From an uncultured delta proteobacterium (lineage in GTDB: Bacteria > Desulfobacterota > Desulfobacteria > Desulfobacterales > QNYZ01), in assembly GCA_963845145.1 (NCBI GenBank), contig CAWJQU010000004.1, positions 128,001 to 192,000 on the forward strand: a DNA stretch of 64,000 nucleotides, written 5' to 3'. Under the pieces are notes generated by a model that made no database searches, was not told the DNA's origin, and saw only the letters and a list, made by a program, of their open reading frames with translations. Shown here piece by piece: positions 40,459 to 49,792 of the stretch. A program made the translations under genes and the position numbers. Every line of letters begins with the position of its first letter. Positions within the stretch are counted from its first letter, which is position 1.

Positions 40459-41784
40459 TTATCTACCAAAGTATAAGTTCGGCAACCACAAGGCAATCCC
40501 GGGAAACAACATTACTATAACCAAACCGACTATCATGACCAGTACAAATGGTATGATTGAGCGGTAGATGTCCGCCAGTGTTACCTCCTTGGGCGCCATC
40601 GCTTTCATCAAAAACAGGTTGTAGCCGAAAGGCGGTGTCATGTAGGCGATCTGGCAGGTGATCGTATAGAGCACACCGTACCAGATAGGGTTGAATCCCA
40701 GGCTAATAATAAGTGGTACATAAAGTGGAGCAACAATGATGAGCATAGCCGTATCGTCTAGAAACATCCCCATAAAAATATAAGAAAGTTGCATCATAAT
40801 GAGGATACCCCACGGACTGAGTCCCCATCTCTCGATGAATAACGACTCTATGGCATGTACGGCACCAAGGCCGTCAAAAACGGCACTAAAGCAGAGTGCT
40901 GCCATAATTACCCACATGAACATGCAGCTGACACTCAGTGTGTTCCTTAAGGTCTCATTCAATACCCGAAAGTTAAAGCGCCGCCGGGCGATCGCTGCAA
41001 GGGTCGTTGCGGCTGCGCCGGCAGCCGAACATTGAACCAGGCTGGTGATACCCATCAGAAAAAGGCCTGTCATTGAAAAAATAATGACCAGCGGAATAAT
41101 CCCAGCCTTCAGAAGTCGTAACCTCTGTGCCCAGGTTATTGTTTCAAGTTCTTCCTTTGATAATGTGGGACCCAGTTCGGGCTGTAGTCTGCACCTGATA
41201 TAGATGTAGGCGATAAACAGGGCTGCGAGAAGAAGGCCCGGAAAAACACCTGCCAACCAGAGTTGGCCGACTGGCTGCCTGGCGATCATGCCGTAGAGGA
41301 CCAAGACGACGCTGGGTGGAACCATGATACCGAGTGAACTGCCGGCCTGGATGACACCCGTCACCATGACCTTGTCATACTTACGCTTAAGCATCTCGGG
41401 TAATGCGACACTGGCGCCAATCGCCATGCCGGCAACGCTTAAACCATTCATGGCCGATACAGCGACCATTAGCCCCATTGTTCCGATGGCGAGGCCCCCG
41501 CTTACCGGCCCCATCCAGACATGAAACATTTTATAAAGGTCACTGGCGATACCCGACTCGGAAAACATATACCCCATATAGATGAACAGCGGCAAAGTTA
41601 GCAGCGGGTACCAGTTTAGTAAACCAAAGGCGGCATTAAATGGTAACTCCGTGGCACCCTTACCCCATAAAAGCAAAGCGAATAGCGTGGCAACGCCACC
41701 GATGGCACCAAAAACGCGTTGCCCAGTGAGCAGCATGAGCATCATCGAGGTGAAAATCAGTAAGGCAATTACTTCATAACTCAT
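40459..41784 (-). CDS. dctM: TRAP transporter large permease
   Basis: LPLFIYMG, SLGIMVPPS, TPPFGYNLF; many TM helices. Confidence 0.93.
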   Translation of the reverse strand: MSYEVIALLIFTSMMLMLLTGQRVFGAIGGVATLFALLLWGKGATELPFNAAFGLLNWYPLLTLPLFIYMGYMFSESGIASDLYKMFHVWMGPVSGGLAIGTMGLMVAVSAMNGLSVAGMAIGASVALPEMLKRKYDKVMVTGVIQAGSSLGIMVPPSVVLVLYGMIARQPVGQLWLAGVFPGLLLAALFIAYIYIRCRLQPELGPTLSKEELETITWAQRLRLLKAGIIPLVIIFSMTGLFLMGITSLVQCSAAGAAATTLAAIARRRFNFRVLNETLRNTLSVSCMFMWVIMAALCFSAVFDGLGAVHAIESLFIERWGLSPWGILIMMQLSYIFMGMFLDDTAMLIIVAPLYVPLIISLGFNPIWYGVLYTITCQIAYMTPPFGYNLFLMKAMAPKEVTLADIYRSIIPFVLVMIVGLVIVMLFPGIALWLPNLYFGR

Positions 41785-41785
41785 G

Positions 41786-42295
41786 CTAAATTTTCTCCCC
41801 TCTCACCTTTGCCAGGTCCTTAAAAAATGTCGCAATGGCTTGTAAAAGCATCAGCAGAACGCCGGTCCCCATAATGATTTTAATGGGAGCCATATATGGT
41901 GCCCACGCGGATCGATTTTTTTGCCCGTAGACGACAGCATATTCAATACTGGAATAGGCACCAATGAGGAGGAATACAAGATAGAAAATCAAAAATAGGT
42001 TGGTAGCAACATCAACCTTGGCCTTTTTCTTATCTGTCCACCGGCCATAGAAGAGATCCATCCTAACATGCCCTTTGAGCATCATCGAGTACGCACCACC
42101 AAGTAAGTAATAAGCGGCCATGGTGAATTGTGCCATCTCCATGGACCAGATGAGGGGCTTGTCGAAAATGATTCTGGATATCGGTTCGTATAATAAAAGG
42201 CCCATCATAGCAAAAACCAGATACATCGAAAATATACCCACTACCCGGTTTACCGCTTCAACAGAACGCACAAATATTTTTACGGCCTTAGGCAT
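41786..42295 (-). CDS. dctQ: TRAP transporter small permease
   Basis: Four TM helices, HVRMDL motif. Confidence 0.9.
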   Translation of the reverse strand: MPKAVKIFVRSVEAVNRVVGIFSMYLVFAMMGLLLYEPISRIIFDKPLIWSMEMAQFTMAAYYLLGGAYSMMLKGHVRMDLFYGRWTDKKKAKVDVATNLFLIFYLVFLLIGAYSSIEYAVVYGQKNRSAWAPYMAPIKIIMGTGVLLMLLQAIATFFKDLAKVRGEKI

Positions 42296-42346
42296 TTCAG
42301 ACCCTTTCTTTTTGCTCCCTTAAGCCTGCGCAATAGTGGCGGTGCC

Positions 42347-42375
42347 CTCCCCGGTTTATTTCCCAAACCGGGGAG
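42347..42375. other. Intercistronic hairpin between dctP and dctQ (mRNA stabiliser or partial terminator)
   Basis: Perfect 11-bp stem ctccccggttt / aaaccggggag. Confidence 0.55.
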
Positions 42376-42416
42376 AGGTCACGCATAGCCATTTTATACG
42401 CCGTATCTGCTGCAGA

Positions 42417-43466
42417 TTAATACCGGTAGGGAGGTCCGGCGTCTTTCATGGTTTGGGCGTACTCTTTCAGTATTTTTACTATCTTGGCACTTCTGGGGCT
42501 CTTCTTGGCAGTTTCGTCCCAGAACTTTAGGGCGGCATCTTCTACGATTTTCCACTCTTCTTGCGGGATGGAGGTGAGCTCCAGCTTTCCACCTTTGGTG
42601 CGGTAGTGCGCTTCACCCCACCAGTACCAGTGCTGGCGGTAGTAATGTGAGCTGTCCATTTGCAGGCGGAACAGGGTTTTTAGGTGCTCCGGCAGCGCAT
42701 TCCAAGAATCGGAATTTGCATAATAGGAGCCGGCCCAGGCACCGGAGATGGGATTGGTCAGGTAATATTTAGTGACATCCGCCCATCCAACCGTGTAATC
42801 TTCGGTGATGCCGGACCAGGCAACGCCGTCCAGTTCCCCTGTCTGAACAGCCATCTCAATATCCCCCCATGGTAAAGTCATGGGAATGACGCCAAATTGC
42901 TGCATGAAACGACCACCCGTGGGGAAACTGAATACTCTTAGTCCCTTTAGGTCTTTAAGGCTTCGGATCGGTTTGGTGGTGGCGAAATTGCACGGGTCCC
43001 AGGCCCCGGCACTTAGCCAGGTAACGCCTTTTATCTCTGAGAAAGCTTCCTCCCAGATTTCATTTAGACCGTACCAGTTAAACAGCACCGGAACATCCAG
43101 AGAGTAGCGCGATGCAAAGGGGAAGTAAGCACCAAATATTGACACATCCACCGGCGCCGCGATGGAATCGTCATCACTTTGCACAGCGTCAATGGTTCCC
43201 TTCTGCATGGCTCTGAAAAGCTCGCTTGTGGGCACCAATTGATCGGAATTGTACAACTCGATCACCATTTCTCCATTGGCGGCTTTATTGAACGCATCAA
43301 TCGCCGGTTTGCAGACATGTGCGGACAGGGCCGCTCCGGCATAGGTCTGCATCCGCCATTTGATGGTCGTTTTCTTGGATGCGTGCACAAAAGGTGCGTT
43401 AACCGCTGTTGCTGCCACCGCAGCGGTGCCCACTCCAGCTTTCTTTAGGAAATCACGTCTTTTCAT
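42417..43466 (-). CDS. dctP: TRAP substrate-binding protein (Tat-exported), resembling the ethanolamine-binding Csal_0678-like subfamily
   Basis: KRRDFLK Tat signal; WRMQTYAG, DQLVPT.ELF, QSDDDS, RYSLDVPVLF, AWSGITEDYTVGW; subfamily match recalled, not searched. Confidence 0.85.
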   Translation of the reverse strand: MKRRDFLKKAGVGTAAVAATAVNAPFVHASKKTTIKWRMQTYAGAALSAHVCKPAIDAFNKAANGEMVIELYNSDQLVPTSELFRAMQKGTIDAVQSDDDSIAAPVDVSIFGAYFPFASRYSLDVPVLFNWYGLNEIWEEAFSEIKGVTWLSAGAWDPCNFATTKPIRSLKDLKGLRVFSFPTGGRFMQQFGVIPMTLPWGDIEMAVQTGELDGVAWSGITEDYTVGWADVTKYYLTNPISGAWAGSYYANSDSWNALPEHLKTLFRLQMDSSHYYRQHWYWWGEAHYRTKGGKLELTSIPQEEWKIVEDAALKFWDETAKKSPRSAKIVKILKEYAQTMKDAGPPYRY

Positions 43467-43780
43467 GGTACCTTTCTCCTTTCATGGGTTTGGGGTTTAC
43501 CTCCAGCCAATCGACTATAGGGCAGGTAAAGAAAAATTATCGACACATCCAACCCAGCCACTTACCAAAATTTCAAAACGTCCCATATTTTTACATTGGG
43601 TTTTAATACTGGCGGCATCTCAAACCGGTTGATTCAGTATCTACTTTCTTGTTTTTGAAAAACCCTACAGACAGCATCCAATTAACGTTGGCACCTCCTT
43701 TTCTTTTTAAGCAACCTATTCTGGCTGCATTTATTAAGCTCGACGGTATTTTTTTGATTACTTGACATGGTTAGTTTAAA

Positions 43781-43797
43781 GTTATAGATGTTTATAC
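43781..43797 (-). promoter_or_regulatory. Putative GntR/HutC operator 1
   Basis: Reverse complement gtataaacatctataac; overlaps the -10 region of a ttgaca (43762) promoter. Confidence 0.6.
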
Positions 43798-44087
43798 AGG
43801 TACGGGAGTAAAAAATTACCCTTATTTTTAACAGAAAATGGGTATTTATCAGGAACTAAACTCATCCGTTGCCCTTTTTGAAGAGGCGCCATCAAAACCG
43901 ATTAATAAATAGATCCGGTTCATGAATAGATCCGGCAAATTTGAGGGAATCATATTGCGTTTGACTACATTGCCAAGTTGGTTTCTGTCAAGATCTTTTT
44001 TAGATTGATGGCTGACGTCTGATTGCCCTTAGCCGTCGTACCGACCCAACCCGTTCAGACCACTTTTTTGCGAAAGAGGAGAATGAC

Positions 44088-45041
44088 ATGTCCATGGGAA
44101 ATAACCTTTTAGAACAGGAATTCACGTCGGAAATTTGTTATGAACTCCTGCCCGAATGGAAAGGCCTGGATGTTCGTATTACCCAGCTTAGTGGTGGAAT
44201 AACCAACAAATTGTACCGGATTCGATCGGGAAAAGGTGATTACACGGTTCGAATATACGGCGATAAAACCGATTTGTTCATCAATCGCGACTATGAGATT
44301 CAGGCCCAGACCGAGATGGCCCGAATTGGTGTGGGCGCGCCATTAATAAAATATATGCCGGATAGGGGCGTCACCATCGTTGAGTTTATCGGGGATGCTA
44401 CGGTACTGAGCAATGACCACTTTCTGGATCAATCGCTGCTCCCCAAAATCGTCGCGCCCATACGTAAAATTCATGACAGTGGCATCACCCTTGATAAATT
44501 GTTCAACCCGCTGGTAGAAGTGAAGAAAATGGCGGCGATCCTTTCCGATCTAAACGTTGTGTATCCCGAGTTTGATATTGACGGAACCCTTGTGCGGCTC
44601 GACAACTTGTCCCGGATCATCAACATTCCGGAGACCGAATACACGGCCTGCCATAATGACCTATTGGCCGATAACTTCATCTTTATCAACGAAGATGCGC
44701 GTGAACGGTACCGATCCCCCATGTACATCATCGACTGGGAATATGCCGGCATGGCGCCCAAGTATTATGATATCGCCGATATGTTTCAGGAAATCCTTGT
44801 TCCCCGGGAGAATGAAGCGCAGATCGTTAAAGCCTATTGTGGCGGGCAGGAATTCGACCGAACGCTTTATTTAGTCGACCTGTTCAAACCGTTTCCGGAT
44901 ATCTATTGGTTTTTATGGAGTCTGATTCAGCTCAATGTATCCAAGATCTCTTTCGATTATTATGACTATGGCAAGGTGAAATATGAGAATGCGCTGAACA
45001 ACCTGGCGTTCATTGGGAACACCCACGGTGTTGATGTTTAG
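44088..45041 (+). CDS. Choline/ethanolamine kinase family phosphotransferase
   Basis: LSGGITNKLY, VRIYG...FINR..E, CHNDLLADN (Brenner motif), IIDWEYAG. Confidence 0.88.
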   Translation: MSMGNNLLEQEFTSEICYELLPEWKGLDVRITQLSGGITNKLYRIRSGKGDYTVRIYGDKTDLFINRDYEIQAQTEMARIGVGAPLIKYMPDRGVTIVEFIGDATVLSNDHFLDQSLLPKIVAPIRKIHDSGITLDKLFNPLVEVKKMAAILSDLNVVYPEFDIDGTLVRLDNLSRIINIPETEYTACHNDLLADNFIFINEDARERYRSPMYIIDWEYAGMAPKYYDIADMFQEILVPRENEAQIVKAYCGGQEFDRTLYLVDLFKPFPDIYWFLWSLIQLNVSKISFDYYDYGKVKYENALNNLAFIGNTHGVDV

Positions 45042-45085
45042 CCCGTTTGTCCGTTAGCCGGTTAGCCCGTGGGCCCGTTATCCCG
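45038..45085. repeat. Octamer array, 6 copies of TTAGCCCG-like units
   Basis: ttagcccg tttgtccg ttagccgg ttagcccg tgggcccg ttatcccg. Confidence 0.8.
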
Positions 45086-45156
45086 CCAATGCATTGACTG
45101 TATGGGCGATTATTTTCACCGAAAGCCGCCACAATTTTTTGTCGATTTGCTTATTT

Positions 45157-45309
45157 GATGGCTTCGTAAAAAGCCCAATTACTGCGTTGCGCTTCATCCC
45201 GTCGTGATTGCGGCGTACGAAAAGTACGCCTCATCACACCGGATTCGCGACGCCTTGAACTTGGACTTTTTACTTTGCCATCCCTTTTATGACTTTCTAC
45301 GAAGCCATC
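45157..45309. mobile_element. MITE (153 bp) with 6-bp target-site duplication
   Basis: TIRs gatggcttcgtaaaaagc / gactttctacgaagccatc; ttattt on both sides (45151-45156, 45310-45315); internal second right end ggactttttactttgccatc at 45263-45282. Confidence 0.85.
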
Positions 45310-45359
45310 TTATTTGATATACGGTACAAAATGATGTGAAAATGACCAAATATAGTTGG

Positions 45360-45391
45360 CAGGGCAACGGGCCAACGGGCAAACCGGCAAA
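45360..45391. repeat. Octamer array, 4 copies, inverted relative to 45038-45085
   Basis: cagggcaa cgggccaa cgggcaaa ccggcaaa. Confidence 0.7.
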
Positions 45392-45427
45392 CCATATATG
45401 ATTTTATCATTCACAAGCAAATTTTCA

Positions 45428-45482
45428 TTGACAAGCAACCCGGCGAGCAATAGATTGGCGAGGAAGTCTATACATCTATAAC
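45428..45482 (+). promoter_or_regulatory. Sigma70-like promoter with putative GntR operator 2
   Basis: ttgaca(45428)-N17-tagatt(45451), then gtctatacatctataac (45466-45482). Confidence 0.65.
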
Positions 45483-45664
45483 AATAGACAGCACGGGCCG
45501 AAATGAACCCTTATGGTGACTGGTCGCCAGAATGACAATCATACTTTATAATTGTGGCAGATGGGTTGATAACGGTGGCCGGCGTGTGCAGCCCATAATA
45601 TTCGGTCCAAAACATCTGGTCGAGAATAATAAGTATAGATAACCTGTCCCATGGGAGGAATCAA

Positions 45665-47557
45665 ATGAAATTTCCGATTGATCTCGATGCATTCAAGCCG
45701 TTGACCTTTTCACCATCCCAAAGCGAGATATCCGCAGAACAGGTGGCGCAGTTACAGAAAAATATTGAGGTAGTGCGCGACAGTATCGTCTTTTTCACGG
45801 CCTATGCCAATACCAAGGGGTTGGGCGGTCATACCGGAGGTGCTTACGATATCGTTCCGGAGTTGCTGATCGTGGACGGCTTTATGAAGGGCAGCGATTC
45901 GATCTACCCCGTCTATTTTGATGAGGCCGGCCATCGGGTGGCGATCCAATACCAGATGGCGGTGTTAAACGGTTATCAGCCCCCGGAGTCACTTTTGCAT
46001 TATCGTGAGTTTGAAAGTGGCCTGTATGGTCATCCGGAGAGAGATGATGAAAAAGGCGTGTTTTTCAGTTCGGGTAGGTTGGGGCACATGTGGAGTTACG
46101 TCAACGGTGTGGCCACGGCCAACCCTGATAAGACTGTCGTGATGTTCGGCAGCGATGGGTCACAACAAGAAGGCGGTGGTGCCGAGGCTGCGCGGTATGC
46201 TGTTGCCCAAAGGCTCAACGTCAAATTGCTCATCGACGACAACGATATCACCATCACCGGGCATCCATCGGAATACATGAAGGGCTTCTCTGTGGCCGAC
46301 ACGTTGAAGGGCCATGGCCTGGCCGTGGATACCGGCAACGGTGAGGATCTGGCTGCATTGTATCAACGAATTCAGAAAGCCCTGACCACTCCGGGGCCGG
46401 TGGGTCTGATCAATCAACGTAAAATGGCCGTGGGAATTGTAGGCCTCGAAGGGACTTCCAAAGGGCACGATGTGATTCCAGTAGATTTAGCCATCGCTTA
46501 TTTAAAGGCGAAAGGGCGTCAGGAGGCAGTAGCCTGTTTGGAATCACCCGCACAAAAAACAGCCCCCCCTACCTATCTTGGCAGCACCCAAGAAAAGGCC
46601 AAAAACAGGGACAATTTCGGAAAGATCATTTGCGATATTCTAGAACCGATGTCGGACCGAAAATCCCGTGTCCTGGTGGTGGATTCGGATCTCGAAGGGT
46701 CGTGCGGTTTGCACCATATTCGAAAAACCTTTCCGGAAGTGTACGTTACCGGCGGTATCATGGAGCGCAATAACTTTTCCGTGGCGGCCGGGTTCGGCGC
46801 CGAAAAGGGAAGGCAGGGCATCTTTGGAACATTTTCGGCCTTTCTTGAAATGGTGGTTTCTGAAATCACCATGGCCCGTCTGAATCGGGCCAATGTGCTG
46901 GCCCATTTCTCCCATGCCGGCGTAGACGATATGGCGGACAATACCTGTCATTTTGGGATCAACAACTTTTTTGCCGACAACGGTCTGCCGGAAGGCGATA
47001 AAACCCGGCTGTATTACCCGGCGGATTCCAATCAGATGCGCGCCGTCCTTGAAACGATTTTTAATGACGAGGGATTACGCTTTGTCTTTTCAACGCGATC
47101 GGCAACCCCCTTTGTTCTCGATGAAGACGGTCAGGCCCGTTTTGGTGAGGGGTATACTTTTGTTCCCGGTAAAGATGAGATCATTCGGGAAGGCGACCAC
47201 GGATATATCGTCTCTTACGGCGAGATGCTTTATCGGTGTCTCGATGTCGTGGAACGCCTGCGGGAAGACGGTATCCGGGTCGGGTTGATCAATAAACCGA
47301 CCTTGAATGTCGTCGACGAAACAACAATGCAACAGCTGATCGGCAGCGAATTTGTATTGGTTGTGGAGACTCAGAACGTCAAGTCGGGGCTCGGATCCCG
47401 ATTCGGCACCTGGTTGTTGGAAAGGGGATCAAAAGCACGCTATGCCCATATAGGGACGGGTAAAGAAGGGCACGGCGGATTGAGCGAACAGATACCCTAC
47501 CAGGGCCTGGCGCCTGAAGATATTCGGGCCAAAATTGACGTCTTGCGGGCTAAATAA
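45665..47557 (+). CDS. Divergent single-chain transketolase-family (ThDP) enzyme
   Basis: GGHTGG, GHPE, SGRLGH, ThDP motif GSDGSQQEG...DDN, DLEGS, GIMER, transketolase C-terminal domain. Confidence 0.85.
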   Translation: MKFPIDLDAFKPLTFSPSQSEISAEQVAQLQKNIEVVRDSIVFFTAYANTKGLGGHTGGAYDIVPELLIVDGFMKGSDSIYPVYFDEAGHRVAIQYQMAVLNGYQPPESLLHYREFESGLYGHPERDDEKGVFFSSGRLGHMWSYVNGVATANPDKTVVMFGSDGSQQEGGGAEAARYAVAQRLNVKLLIDDNDITITGHPSEYMKGFSVADTLKGHGLAVDTGNGEDLAALYQRIQKALTTPGPVGLINQRKMAVGIVGLEGTSKGHDVIPVDLAIAYLKAKGRQEAVACLESPAQKTAPPTYLGSTQEKAKNRDNFGKIICDILEPMSDRKSRVLVVDSDLEGSCGLHHIRKTFPEVYVTGGIMERNNFSVAAGFGAEKGRQGIFGTFSAFLEMVVSEITMARLNRANVLAHFSHAGVDDMADNTCHFGINNFFADNGLPEGDKTRLYYPADSNQMRAVLETIFNDEGLRFVFSTRSATPFVLDEDGQARFGEGYTFVPGKDEIIREGDHGYIVSYGEMLYRCLDVVERLREDGIRVGLINKPTLNVVDETTMQQLIGSEFVLVVETQNVKSGLGSRFGTWLLERGSKARYAHIGTGKEGHGGLSEQIPYQGLAPEDIRAKIDVLRAK

Positions 47558-47668
47558 CCAGTAATTTTGTTAAGCGTGATCGCAATTGCATCTATAAAAG
47601 GGTAGAAATCGCGCTACAGGGTGGGCGATGAAGGGTCTGACATAGAATGCCAATTGCGGTCATAGGAG

Positions 47669-48448
47669 ATGCATCCATTGAAGATCGTTGATCCCGACAA
47701 TCCGATTCCCAAATATCTTCAAATTAGCGCCTGGCTCACCGAGTCTATTCAGATGGGTCGATACAAAGTGGGTGAAAAGCTGCCCTCTGAGATTGAATTG
47801 TCCCAGATGTGTCAGGTTAATCGCAACACATTGCGACAGGCGATCGCCGAATTGACCACACGGGGGCTTCTGAGAAAAGAAAAAGGTCTGGGGACATTTG
47901 TTTCCGCGACAGAATCGGTGGCCCTCAAACATCAACTCAGTCGAATTGCCAGTTTTGGAGACGAGTTATCCAAGGCCGGGATCAAAGAACATACCCAATT
48001 GCTGGGAAAAGCCCTTGAAGTGCCACCAAAACATGTGGCCCAGGGGTTGACGCTGGGGCCTAACACCCCGGTTATTGCGATTCGACGCCTGCGTACCGGT
48101 GATAAAATCCCTATGATTTACGAGGAAACCTATCTGCCCGTCGACCTGTTCGACGGAATCATGGAGATGGACTTGACCGGTTCCATGTACGAAATATTCA
48201 GTCACCGGTATAATGTCGTCTTGGCGCGTTGCGAGCAAACCATCCGTGCCGTTAACTTGAATAAAAAAATAGCCCGGCTATTTAACCTGAATACCAATGC
48301 GGCCGCCATGTACATGGAAAGTATCACCTATAATGATCACAATATGCCCATCGAGTTCCTTTGCGGCTACTTCCGGGGCGATAAATACGCCTTTGGTGTG
48401 GAGCTCGGTCAATATCATCTTACAGGAAACTCACACGAACTAAAATAA
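47669..48448 (+). CDS. GntR family regulator, HutC/UTRA subfamily
   Basis: KLPSEIEL....VNRNTLRQAI..L...G.....G.GTFV; UTRA domain. Confidence 0.93.
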   Translation: MHPLKIVDPDNPIPKYLQISAWLTESIQMGRYKVGEKLPSEIELSQMCQVNRNTLRQAIAELTTRGLLRKEKGLGTFVSATESVALKHQLSRIASFGDELSKAGIKEHTQLLGKALEVPPKHVAQGLTLGPNTPVIAIRRLRTGDKIPMIYEETYLPVDLFDGIMEMDLTGSMYEIFSHRYNVVLARCEQTIRAVNLNKKIARLFNLNTNAAAMYMESITYNDHNMPIEFLCGYFRGDKYAFGVELGQYHLTGNSHELK

Positions 48449-48488
48449 TGACTAGCAAAATGGAATTACATAAGCTGGGTTTTTTATT

Positions 48489-48505
48489 GTATACACATCT
48501 ATAAA
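48489..48505 (+). promoter_or_regulatory. Putative GntR operator 3
   Basis: gtatacacatctataaa upstream of the transaldolase gene; matches the sites at 43781 and 45466. Confidence 0.6.
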
Positions 48506-48562
48506 ATGTAGGCACATGGCGTGCCAAAAAGAACGTGTTGCCCAATCATCAAGGAGGAAGTC

Positions 48563-49762
48563 ATGGAAACAAGAAATCTTTTTGAAAAATTAGTTGATGT
48601 CAGCCCCGGGATGGAGATCTGGTGGGATTCGTCTCCGGTTATTTTTGACAATTGGTGCCGGAAAATGCTCGATAAGGCCACCCCGGAAAACCGGGAGATC
48701 ATTCAAAGCCAATTCAACCGGATGTACGACGAAAACGCTCCGGAAACCCAGTTGTTCCGTGGTGTTACAACCAACCCACCACTTTCGCTGCAGGCGATTC
48801 AGGATAACCCTCCCCATTGGGAGGGGGTTGCCAAAACCATTATTGCTGAAAATCCCGGTATTGACACGGAAACCCTGTTCTGGACCATCTACAAGCAAGT
48901 CGTAAAGCGCGGTTCCGACATGTATCTGCCTTTATTTGAAAAAACAGACTACAAGGAAGGCTACTTGTCCGGACAAACTGACCCGAGAAGTGCGTTCGAC
49001 AAAGAGGCTATGCTCAAACAAGCCATGGAGCTTGCCGTGATCAACCCCAATGTGATGATTAAGGTTCCCGGCACCAAAGAGGGCTATGAAGTGATTGAAG
49101 AATTGACCGCCAGAGGTATTGCCACGAACAACACCCTGACCTTCGTTTTACCGCAATTGGTGGACTGTGCGGAATCCGTCAAACGAGGGCTCGAAACGGC
49201 CAAAAAGGATGGTGTGGATCTGAGCCGGTGGCGTTCGGTAATTACACATATGGAATCCCGCTACGGTGATCTGGGCGGTTTGCGGGATGCCGCTGCTGAG
49301 CAGGGCATTGAGCTGACAGAGGGTGAGGTACGGCAGGCGGAACTGGCCATTTTTAAAAAAGCCTATAAATATCTGGAAGACAATAAGCTGCCGAGCAAAA
49401 TGTTATCCTGCTCGCTGCGGTTGGGGCCCGAAGTGGATGGCGTTACGCGTATCTGGCATCTTGAAGAGAAGACTGGTGCGGCCGTCGTTGTCACCTGTCC
49501 GCCCTCTTTTATCGATCAGATCATGAATTTTGAAGGGGAAAAGGATATCGTTTTTGAAAAAGATCGGATCCATGCCGAAACACCCAAAGATGTCATGGAT
49601 AAATTGATGCGTATTCCTTATTTCGAGCGGGCCTATGCCGTGGATGGATACAGCCGGGATGAATATAATACGCATCCGGCGCTTCAGCGTACTGCCGAAC
49701 AATTCTCAAAAGCCACCGAGGAGATGGTGGCGTTTGCCGATAATTGCCTTAAAAGTGCCTAA
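48563..49762 (+). CDS. Transaldolase-family class I aldolase with atypical active site
   Basis: WWDS, GVTTNP, IKVPGT (Schiff-base Lys), NNTLTF; aaggagg RBS before ATG 48563. Confidence 0.82.
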   Translation: METRNLFEKLVDVSPGMEIWWDSSPVIFDNWCRKMLDKATPENREIIQSQFNRMYDENAPETQLFRGVTTNPPLSLQAIQDNPPHWEGVAKTIIAENPGIDTETLFWTIYKQVVKRGSDMYLPLFEKTDYKEGYLSGQTDPRSAFDKEAMLKQAMELAVINPNVMIKVPGTKEGYEVIEELTARGIATNNTLTFVLPQLVDCAESVKRGLETAKKDGVDLSRWRSVITHMESRYGDLGGLRDAAAEQGIELTEGEVRQAELAIFKKAYKYLEDNKLPSKMLSCSLRLGPEVDGVTRIWHLEEKTGAAVVVTCPPSFIDQIMNFEGEKDIVFEKDRIHAETPKDVMDKLMRIPYFERAYAVDGYSRDEYNTHPALQRTAEQFSKATEEMVAFADNCLKSA

Positions 49763-49792
49763 ATAAAATTACCTTAATCCAAGGAGGATATA

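Noticed and set aside
43600..43702. Strong RBS-like aaggaggtg and a 24-codon ORF on the - strand in the dctP leader
   Set aside because: The ATG is too far from the RBS and the peptide has no recognisable features; GGA motifs could be CsrA sites but this is unsupported.
43908..43935. 11-bp direct repeat aatagatccgg, two copies
   Set aside because: Only two copies with no link to a known regulator; may be a local duplication.
45665..49762. Sulfoglycolysis (sulfo-TK or sulfo-TAL pathway)
   Set aside because: No sulfoquinovosidase, SQ isomerase or sulfonate exporter; the kinase and HisC-like enzyme point to phosphorylated amino alcohols.
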